A DNA stretch of 61,503 nucleotides, counting the filler. It is 3 parts of 3 records of this genome, joined end to end, with 100 filler letters (N's around TTAATTAATTAA, not from the genome) between each part and the next. Parts side by side here need not be neighbours in the genome. Positions count along the whole stretch, not along the records: positions 27,478 to 34,997 come from SRR20825019_2612; positions 35,098 to 61,503 come from SRR20825019_2615; 1 more part is not named here. The stretch is one strand, 5' to 3'. The position numbers and the translations under genes were made by a program. Positions 30,501 to 39,740 of this stretch are shown here, piece by piece; positions within the stretch are counted from its first letter, which is position 1, and each line of letters begins with the position of its first letter. The notes beneath the pieces were generated by a model, which was not told the origin of the DNA, did not search any database, and was given only the letters and a program-made list of their open reading frames with translations.

Positions 30501-33500
30501 GCCCCCACACCGGTGAATTTTTGTCCAAGGATGATCTCAAAGGAAATCGCCGCCAGCGCCGCTCTCAGATCCAGAACTTCTTTGTCAACTGCAATGTGGA
30601 GACTGGCCCCAACCCCTTCGACGAGGAGTACCAGTGCCCGCCCGCTGTGGAGTTGCCCGAGGAGGCACCCTCCGTCTGTGACAATGCGGAGCAGCGTGTC
30701 CTTGACCTGATCGATACCTGCTGTGCCGGCCGCACTGATGAGGAGTATGATCTCTGCCGTGACGAGGTCTGCATCAACGAAGGCTGCGACTCGATGGATA
30801 CCCTTGATGACATGAACGACGAGAAGGACAAGATCATTAACGACCCTGCCGAGGTGACCTGCACCATCGCCCCCATGCAAGGCTTCGCCGCGTCCCCCGC
30901 CACCCACGGTGGACGTGTGTACGCTGTGCTTGATGGAGTCATTCCTGAAGAGATTGACCTCGGTAACATGGCTGTTGGCGAGTATTACCAGGTTCCCTCC
31001 GGCTGGAGGATCGCCCGCGCAGATGAGCTCAACTATGCCATGGCCTCCTGCTACCGCTTCGGTGTGGACTGCCTTGTCCTGGCTGACGGAACCGGTGTCT
31101 CCACCGACGGTACCTCCGCCAACTGTGGTCATAATCTCCTCGCTCGCGCCGGCCAGAGCTCTGAGTGTGTGAAGGCCTCCGGACCCAACATGCGTGTTCT
31201 GTTGACCAAGGAGCTGGATTCGAACCTCGCGTCTTCCCTGAACAGCGGTTGCTTCACCAGCGACTGCGGGTGGTATGCCCAGAATGCCGACGACGTGCTT
31301 GAGTACATCATGGAGGCGGACCCGTCTGGCCGTCCTGTCGTGAAGGTGACCAACAACGACATTCAGACCGTGCGTGGTGTCCACCGCACTTGGCAGGTCA
31401 GTGGGCTGGACCGCTTCACTGCGCCATTCAGTGCCTCGGTGTGGACACAGACTGATGGCGAGATCATTATCATGGGCCCGGAGTGGAAGTATGTCCAGTT
31501 GGATGTGTTCTTGGCGGATGGAACCAAGATGACCAGTCGCCATCACCACACCTCCATCGCCGCCGGTGGCCGGCAGACCCACGGCTGGGAGCAGACTGTC
31601 GTGGACATCAACCTGCCCAAGATCTACTCTGAGAACTCGCGTGGTGCCGACTCGACCCCCGTCATCCGCATTGCACTTCATCTTGCTGCCAAGAGCATCT
31701 GGGGCACGGTCATGTTTGGCCAGCCGTACTTCGACGTCGCCCTGCCCGCGCAGTTCAACCTCGTCCCCAACGGAAACTTTGACGAGCGCCTGATCCACTC
31801 CTCCCAGAATGCCTTTGAGGGCTGGCTCGCCACCTACGGATCTCCAGTCATCCAGCGCACCTCGTCCGTGTCTGGTCTGGGCAGCCACCCCAGCGGCGGC
31901 TCTGGGTTCCTCGAGCTCACTGGCTGGGGCGAGCAGCAGGCGACTGTGATGGCTTCCTTCGCTGCCCCGGATGGTGGTGATGGCCTGTACCATGCGGCAT
32001 CTCCTGACGCCATCCTGTTCTGCATGTGGCACAAGGTTGAGAACATTTTCGGAGGAGAGAGCGCCAAGTCGTCGTTGTACGTGGACTTCATCGGAGACTG
32101 CGAATCCACCAATGAGTGCATGTCTTACGGAAACGTGATTCCCACCATGACTGGCACCACCGGCTGGTACCGCCGTTGCCACTCCTTCGATACCCGTGGC
32201 CAGGCTACCACCAGGATGGCCGTCACAGCGCGCCTGGCCAATGGCCATGATCTTGCCAAGTCCATGTTCGATGGTATCTCCGCCCTGCGTTCCTGCCCCG
32301 CTGCCAACACCAAGCCCTTGACTTCATGCACGTTCGGCGACCCTCACTACATGACCCTGGACGGAGCGCAGTATGATGCCCAGCACATTGGTGAATACCG
32401 ACTGTACGAGGATGACATCATGCGCATTCAGCACCGTCACAGCCAGGCCGGTGGCGCCGCCGTCGTCTCTGCTGTGGCTGTTCAGCACGTCGGTAGCGGT
32501 GTGGTCGTGCAAGTGACGAGGCCCGATGTGAACGAACTGGAGCCGCAGATCCTGGTGAATGGCGAGGCTGTCAGCATCCTGAACAAGTACACCGTGAGCG
32601 ATGAGTCATCTAAGGTTACCATTCACCGTGATGGTGCCCTGTCTGACCCCTCCGACAACGCCCGCTCCACCCTCCGTTTCTACATTGTCATGACCGGCAT
32701 CGAGCAGGACTACGACAGCAACGGCGATACTTATGACGTGACGGTTCAGGCCAAGGTCGAGGTGACCGTTCAGAACACTGTCTATGGTACATCCTTCCTG
32801 GCGGTGGCCATTTCCGACCCGAGCACCGTTGGGTACAACGTTGCTACCGGTCTCCTCGGCAACAAGAACGGTGACAAGTCGGATGACTTCGTGACTCCTG
32901 CTGGTGAGGTCATTGCCGATGCTCTGACCAACCCCGCTGAACTGGAGCGCTTCGTCGAATCGTGGCGCGTGACCACCACGGAGCAGTCCATCTTCACCTA
33001 CCCTCGCGGTGAGAATGTGGATACCTACTATGATCCGACCTTCATCCCCTCCGCATCCGGCTCCTTCACCGACGAGCAGCGCGACGCCGCCCGCCAGACT
33101 TGCATTGATGCCGGTGTCCCGCCAGCGTACTTGGAGTCTTGCATCTTTGATGTGTTGTCCGCTGGTGACGGCTTTGCCATCGCCGCTGCCGGAATGAGCT
33201 CATCCATCAGCATGGCCGACGCCCCTCTGTTTGACGACAGCACCTCAACGACTGGGTCTGCCATCGGAGACGAGGCTACCTCCAGCTCCGCGGTGCTCTT
33301 CGCCGCCTTGACCTCCGCCATGGCCGTCCTTGTGTTCATCTCGTTGATCTGCCTGTCCGTGACCGTGTGCCTTGGTTTCGTGCTGCGCCGTGCCGTGCGG
33401 TCGCAGCAACAGCAGAAGGCGGCCAGGATGGATTCTGCACTTCCGACACATCTTCCTGACGGCAAGCGTGTGGAGTCCTTTGACGTCCAGACGACCATCC

Positions 33501-33757
33501 AGAACCAGCTTGCAACTGCCGTGCGCCACGTGGCGAACCTCTTGGACAACACCCCGGCGATGTCTCCGTCCCCGTCGAAGCAGTACGCATCGATCCGCGA
33601 TAACAGCGGTTCCGACAACGACTTCGATATTGAATTCGCTAATGAGCCGAACCGCCACCGCTCCATTACCACCAACGCGGAACTGGACCGCATGGTCTCC
33701 AACGCGGACGAGTCGGACCTTCCCTCTCGGTCCCGTCTCTCAACTAACCCCTACTAG
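27568..33757 (+). CDS. Eukaryotic ~2024-aa type I membrane protein (signal peptide, PA14, four Cys modules, two VWD, CBM-like region, TM helix); exons 27568-29235, 29298-30135, 30189-33757
   Basis: Introns 29236-29297 (GTAAGC..CTAAC..CAG) and 30136-30188 (GTGAGT..CTGAC..CAG) join three ORFs in frame (6075 nt). PA14-like [41 protein letters not shown] and FGDPHYMTLDG; hydrophobic helix near the C-terminus. Start could be the Met at 27604. Confidence 0.85.
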
Positions 33758-34997
33758 TTCCTTTATACTACAACAAAAATAAATGCTTAATACCCTAGGA
33801 TATCCGGTTTCCATATTCGTTTACCACTACCGTGCCTGCCAGTTGGCCCCTTGCAGTTTCCTGAGTATCGGATAGCCGGACCCGGGCAACCGGGCGGTGT
33901 GACTCTCATTTCTCATATCCACGTGAGTGGGGCCGGGAGGCGCACACGGAGAGGCAGTTGTTGCTCTGCGGGTCTTCCTGCCTACGGTGTGTTACTGCAG
34001 TATGAACTCTGAAGAGCCTTCGTACCTATCAGTAATTCCATGGTGGGATCGGCTCATGTGGTCATAAGTTGTCGCTGTATTTCATCGAGGATGGCCTCCG
34101 CTTCACCGGCCGTCGCCACACCACTCAACCGTGACAGTCCCGTGGGCCGCGGCACCCGGGCCCAGCCGACGGCAAGCTCGCGGCAATAGCAGTATCTGCA
34201 AATGCAACCTCATCACCCCTTCTGATCTGCCGCAAGGAACTGTTGAGTGCCGGGCGGGCTGTCTCGAGTCTCAGTCCCGCCCCATGAAAGGATTCGAGCG
34301 GATTTGCACTCGAATGCGAGAGGTAGACTCTATCAAGTAGCCTGCGCTGGGCCACCTGGGTACGGCGCCACGTCGTAATGCCTTGACGTCTGACTGGGTA
34401 TGAAGCCAGACTTTGGCTACAGTTCACACTACTCCAACCAACACCAACACCAGGAATAGAACTCCATAATCACCAGTTCATATACTACATTCTCTGATAC
34501 AGTGTTTCGTAACCACAGCATGACCACCGCAGTCATCATCGCCTATGCTCACCCACAGCTCGGTCTGCGGGCCGGATTTGGTCGGCCGCCACTCAGGAAG
34601 TTACCGCGACGAGGCCTGCACACCATGTCCCCAGGCTTCGTGCGAACAAGCCAACCTAGATTTCAGAGGAATATCTATATCTTTCAGAGTCTTATAAAAG
34701 CTGTGGTGCTTGGGGGGGGCCTCCGCTGCGGCCCTCATTAGTGGCCTAACCTCGGTCCAACGGCCGGCGCGCGCCCAGCCGGGGCCAGCCCCCGGGCTGG
34801 CGACACGCCGGTGCCCGGAGCCCGGCCCGCCGGTCAGCCGGTGGAGAGCCCTCGTAACACTCTAATGACAGCCCCGTTCAACCAGTAGGGGTGGCGGTGG
34901 TGATTGGTGACCACAGCCAAACAACCTCTGGTTATTCACTGGTAGAGGTGCGTTGCACCGCCACCAACCCAGGTGCCGCGCTCCGCGCGGCACCGGA

Positions 34998-35097
34998 NNN
35001 NNNNNNNNNNNNNNNNNNNNNNNNNNNNNNNNNNNNNNNNNTTAATTAATTAANNNNNNNNNNNNNNNNNNNNNNNNNNNNNNNNNNNNNNNNNNNN
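34998..35097. other. Artificial contig spacer
   Basis: N44 + TTAATTAATTAA + N44. Confidence 0.99.
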
Positions 35098-35786
35098 GGG
35101 GGGAGTGTTCTACTACGGGGCTGGCATCCTCTCTCTAGAGAGAGAGTTAGCTGTACCTTTCGAACCAAATGGTTTGAAAGTATCGCCAGCCATGATCAGG
35201 CGGGTGAGGTCAGCAGTACGCGACTACCACAAGCTGGGGACTGCTGACAGGACTTGTCTCAGCCCGCAGGGCGTCCGTTGGTAGTGGCATCAGTGACAGA
35301 GCGGATCTGTTGGCCAGGGCCCACTGGCGGCTAGATTACAGTGAGTGTTGCATTCCGACCGTTGGCGCTCGAACGATTGTGCTCTATGCCAAATTCAGCT
35401 TTTGAAAGTGGACACCCCCTCGAGTCTGAGGGGAAGACAGAAATTGACTCCAAATATTTCTCTTTGAAGTCCCTTCGTGTAGAGCGGATTTTCGGTTTCC
35501 ATTAGAGTTCAATAGTGAGACACCACTGTCATGATCCGAAAAAAACTGACTGCTATCCAGGTCAGTCGGACGGTACGGCTCGCAGCATCCACTGGGACTC
35601 TGGAAAGGACGAATCCGGACTGCTGACTGACTGATAAAAAACCAACATCTCATAAGAGACCCCTCTTCGGGGAACTGATATACGGCCAGTGAAGGTATCG
35701 GCTTATGTTCAGTGAGATGACGTGACAGGTAGCGAAAAACGATGCAATAGACTGGATATGTGCGGGCACAATACCCCTCCACTTTA

Positions 35787-36773
35787 CTAATCTTCATGGA
35801 AACGTCCCTCTGACCCGACAATTAGCCTTGATTTCATCCTCCATATATCAGCAAATTTGATTTGAACCATTCCTTTAGTCTTCCGTGCAGCCATTTCTTC
35901 GACTTCTCTAGCGATATCCTCCTGCATTGTTCCCCCCACTTCAATGAAAGGGCAATCGCTTGAAGCATAATGACAAGAGATGGCCTTGCGGAAGCGTGTG
36001 GATGTGTTTCGCCCTGAACCATGTATCAAATGCGGATGGAAGAATACACAGTCACCCTTCTTCATGGTCAAGTGAGTCATTTCACTTTCATGCTTCTCTC
36101 CAGAAAGACCTTGGATCCCATGGTACGCCTTGTTAACAACCCCGTCACTGGGATACTCGTGTTTCATGAGAGGAATGGTGTGAGACCCAGGCTTTACAAA
36201 AAGACATCCGTTCTCCTTGTCAATGTCCTGCATAGCTGTCCATGCGCACACGATTCTTGAGGATGATCCCGTAGCGTCAGTTGGCGATGAAAACGGGAAA
36301 TACCAGGCGTCTTGGTGAGGGGGGTGACGAGATGACCCTATTCCGACGTCCGGCGGCTTGTTGATCAGCATGGTGTGAACGGAATTCGCAGAGTTCCCAA
36401 TTATCGCACACACATAGTCGATTATCTTGGGAGTCTTACAATATTCAAAAAGCACATCATCTTCCTGCCAGTCCTGCAGCTTGGTGATCGCTGATTCCCC
36501 CATTTCTTTTTTTTTCGCAACGGCAATGTCTCGCATCATGGTCATCGAGACTTGTTTCTCGACTTCGCCCGATGAAATTTTTAGGAAGCGATCAGTGTAC
36601 ACATCAATCTCTTCAGGTGACACCAAGCCACGAATGACAAGGAACCCATTCTTTTCGTAAAACTCTCTCTGCTCTTCAGTGAGTCGACGGTTTTGATTCT
36701 TCGAAAAGAGGTATTCTTTTGCTAGTACTGGTGAAGGCGCTATGTGCCGGGAAACCTGCTCAACTCGCTTCAT
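35787..36773 (-). CDS. PHYH: Phytanoyl-CoA dioxygenase, peroxisomal
   Basis: HTMLINKPPD, SSRHPPHQD (HxD), CAWTAM, NGCLFVKPGSH, FFHPHLIHGSG, RKAISCHYA; PTS2-like RVEQVSRHI after the ATG at 36773. Confidence 0.9.
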   Translation of the reverse strand: MKRVEQVSRHIAPSPVLAKEYLFSKNQNRRLTEEQREFYEKNGFLVIRGLVSPEEIDVYTDRFLKISSGEVEKQVSMTMMRDIAVAKKKEMGESAITKLQDWQEDDVLFEYCKTPKIIDYVCAIIGNSANSVHTMLINKPPDVGIGSSRHPPHQDAWYFPFSSPTDATGSSSRIVCAWTAMQDIDKENGCLFVKPGSHTIPLMKHEYPSDGVVNKAYHGIQGLSGEKHESEMTHLTMKKGDCVFFHPHLIHGSGRNTSTRFRKAISCHYASSDCPFIEVGGTMQEDIAREVEEMAARKTKGMVQIKFADIWRMKSRLIVGSEGRFHED

Positions 36774-37732
36774 AGTTTCAAGAGTCACCACAGCAGGGCA
36801 CTGTTAAAGCTTTTAGTGAGACCTCAATATTTGTGTATTGACACCCTATTGCAGGCTTAGGAGTTTCCTACATCGCGGAACTCTATAAGGCATTCGACGG
36901 CGACAAGTGGCACTGATGTGTTGCGGGTTTAGTCATGTCGACAGTAGTAAGTGCAACAACGTTGGCAGGATTGCAAGCTTGAAGGTGACCTGAGGAACGC
37001 CGAGGGTCACTGGCATCCAGTCCGGGCCGGCCAGACCGCCAGTGCACGGTGGCGATTTGGGGCCGGTGGCGGCTTGGCCGCTGCCGGCGAGCGGACGCAG
37101 GTACGCCGGAGGCGCTCGCCGGGGCCGGTGACACTTGAGGGCCGGGGAGGGGTGGCTGAGGACGTCCGGGTGACGGCGCCGTAGTAGGCCTGGCAGTCAG
37201 CGTCGTGCCGGTGGCCCGTGGGCGGCACACCGCAATCCTAGTCTGGGCATGACCCTGACCACCGCGCGTAGTGAGGACTATCGAAAAGCCACCATGCAGA
37301 ATTAGCAATTTATATGTACAATTGATATATATAAGAGCAAATAGTCTATATCATCGACCTCGAAACAGTTTAGTCGAGGATGGACTCTTTGTGGATGTGG
37401 AAAGGAATCGCGGGAAGCTCAAAAATTTCGCGCGTAATTTTTGAAGGGCGCAGAGTACATGTATCACAAACCGGCCGAGTCATGGACGAGCCGCGCTCCA
37501 CTCAGTTGCTATGTTTTCATCATGGTTCCAATCATCATCCGTGGACCAATCCACACTTCAGACAGTGCTAGGTTGCCTGACTCTGCTGATCCATCCGGTC
37601 GGCCCTGCTTGGGCCAGTCTCCGGTCCGTGTCACAGCTACCGCAGCAAAAGCCGGTTTTGCTGGGCGAGCATCAGGCGCCACATCTACTTATTTATGCAT
37701 TTTCTTTTCTTGGTGAGGTAGGTACTCTCGTC

Positions 37733-39613
37733 ATGGACAAGCTCACGCAGGGTGCTGTACGACAGATCTTTTCGGGGCAGACCAACATCAACCCCACTCT
37801 TCAAATAATTGATGTTAAGAAGATTACCCCCAACAACCAGCAGCAGGCTTCTGCCAGTGATCGTTATCGCCTGGTCTTGAGTGATGGCGTGAACTTTCAG
37901 CAGGCTATGCTTGCTACACAGTTGAACGACATGATTCCTAACCTCACCAAGAACTCGATTGTGCAGCTTCAGGAGTATATCTGCAACACTGTGCAGAACC
38001 GCAAGTATGTGCCTTTGATTTGTAGAGTGTTGAGTACCATTGACAGTGTTTTCAGAATTGTTATCGTGTTGGCCCTCCAGTTGGTTAGTGCTTACCACGA
38101 AAAGATCGGCTCTCCTTCCAACGTGGAGAATGCAGCTGCGGCTGCCCCTGCAGCTCCCGTTGCTGCTACCCCGTCACCTGCCCCTGTTGCCGCCGCTCCA
38201 CAGACGTCTGGCGGAAAGACTTTTGGACAGGCTCCCCAGGCCACTGTCTACGGCAAGTCTGCAAGTGTCGTTCGCAGCGATGCTGACACCAACTACATGC
38301 CTATCTCTTCTTTGAACCCGTATGCCAGCCGGTGGACTATCAAGGCTCGTTGCTCTAGCAAGGGTGACATTCGTCGCTGGGTGAACCAGAGGGGCGAGGG
38401 CAAGCTTTTCAGTGTCGAATTGCTGGACAAGTTTGGTGGAGAAATCCGTGCCACTATGTTCAACGATGCTTGTGATCGTTTCTACGAAGTGTTCGAGGTA
38501 GGAAAGGTGTTCTCGGTATCAAAGGGCCAGATCAAGCTCGCCAACAAGCAGTACGCCCGCGGTGATTACGAAATGACTCTCAACAGCGACAGCGTTGTCT
38601 ATGAGGTTCAGGACGATCGCTCCATCAAGAACATTGAGTTCAACTTCAGCCCCATTGCAACTCTTACTCAGTTGTCCCCTGGCAGCACCACCGATGTTAT
38701 TGGTGTATGCACTGAAATGGGTCCCATTGGCACCATCCAGACCAAAGCTGGAAAGGAGATGGAAAAGCGCGTTGTCACCATTGTGGATGATAGTGGTGAA
38801 GGCGGCTCTGGCAAGTCTGTGGAGCTTACTGTGTGGAGCGAGGTGGCCAGGAACCCTGGCTTCTCTGCTGAGGGAAACCCTGTTGTTGCCGTGAAGGGTG
38901 TCAAGACCAGCGATTTCAATGGTTGCTCTCTCTCCACCACCTTCTCTAGTCAAATTGTCTATGGCGACAAAATTGAGGATGAGCGTGCGTTCCAGCTTCG
39001 TGGTTGGTTCGACAGTGGCGTGAACGCGGTTCAAACTATTTCTTCCCGCGACGGTGCGGGAGACATCAAGCGGGAGAGTGCGCTGAAGATGATCTCTGAG
39101 ATTAAGGATGAGAACCTCGGAAACAACGAAAAGCCTGACTACTTTGATCTGAAGGCGACTGTGTCATTCATCAAGAAGGATGGAAACTTCTTCTACACGG
39201 CGTGCCCTAATGCAAACTGCAACAAGAAGGTCACCGAGATGAATGGCCAGTATACTTGCGAAAAGTGCCAGCAATCCTTCAACAACTGCGACTACCGGTA
39301 CTTGCTTTCCATCACCGTCATGGACCATACTGGTCAGCAGTGGCTCAGCGCTTTCAATGACACTGCCGAGCAGATTCTGGGCCACAAGGCTGAGCAGGTT
39401 TACCAGCTTCGTGAGAGCAATGAAGCTGCTTTTGAGGATGTGTTCAGCGAGGCCAACTTCAAGAAGTACCGATTCACTGTCCGTGCCAAGCAGGAAACCT
39501 GGAATGACGAGACACGCGTGAAGTGCTCTATTGTCCGTTGCACCCCTACAACCCCGGTGGAAGAGAGCAACTTCCTTATTTCTCAGATCAACCAGTACAT
39601 TCACAGTGCTTAA
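37733..39613 (+). CDS. RPA1: Replication protein A 70-kDa subunit; intron 38005-38055
   Basis: RYRLVLSDG, AMLATQLN, PISSLNPY..RWTIKAR, GEGKLFS, EIRATMFN, Zn ribbon YTACP..CNKKV..CEKC, D-x-TGQQW. Confidence 0.95.
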   Translation: MDKLTQGAVRQIFSGQTNINPTLQIIDVKKITPNNQQQASASDRYRLVLSDGVNFQQAMLATQLNDMIPNLTKNSIVQLQEYICNTVQNRKYVPLICRVLSTIDSVFRIVIVLALQLVSAYHEKIGSPSNVENAAAAAPAAPVAATPSPAPVAAAPQTSGGKTFGQAPQATVYGKSASVVRSDADTNYMPISSLNPYASRWTIKARCSSKGDIRRWVNQRGEGKLFSVELLDKFGGEIRATMFNDACDRFYEVFEVGKVFSVSKGQIKLANKQYARGDYEMTLNSDSVVYEVQDDRSIKNIEFNFSPIATLTQLSPGSTTDVIGVCTEMGPIGTIQTKAGKEMEKRVVTIVDDSGEGGSGKSVELTVWSEVARNPGFSAEGNPVVAVKGVKTSDFNGCSLSTTFSSQIVYGDKIEDERAFQLRGWFDSGVNAVQTISSRDGAGDIKRESALKMISEIKDENLGNNEKPDYFDLKATVSFIKKDGNFFYTACPNANCNKKVTEMNGQYTCEKCQQSFNNCDYRYLLSITVMDHTGQQWLSAFNDTAEQILGHKAEQVYQLRESNEAAFEDVFSEANFKKYRFTVRAKQETWNDETRVKCSIVRCTPTTPVEESNFLISQINQYIHSA

Positions 39614-39740
39614 GTGAATTGAGCACAGCCCCTGGTGTCCACAATTTTGTGTGCAACGATGCACTAAAATACCATCTTCTTGTAACACCGTGCTGCCTGG
39701 TCTTCTAATGATTGCTCTTTCTAGTGTCTCAAGATTCTGT

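Noticed and set aside
29996-32248. 750-aa antisense ORF
   Set aside because: Shadow of the codon-biased VWD gene on the + strand; no recognisable motifs.
35384-35821. 145-aa ORF downstream of PHYH
   Set aside because: Overlaps the PHYH end, has no motifs, and is probably 3' UTR or intergenic.
37511-37732. N-terminal extension of the RPA1 ORF
   Set aside because: RPA1-like sequence begins at MDKLTQGAV (37733); the upstream part looks like UTR.
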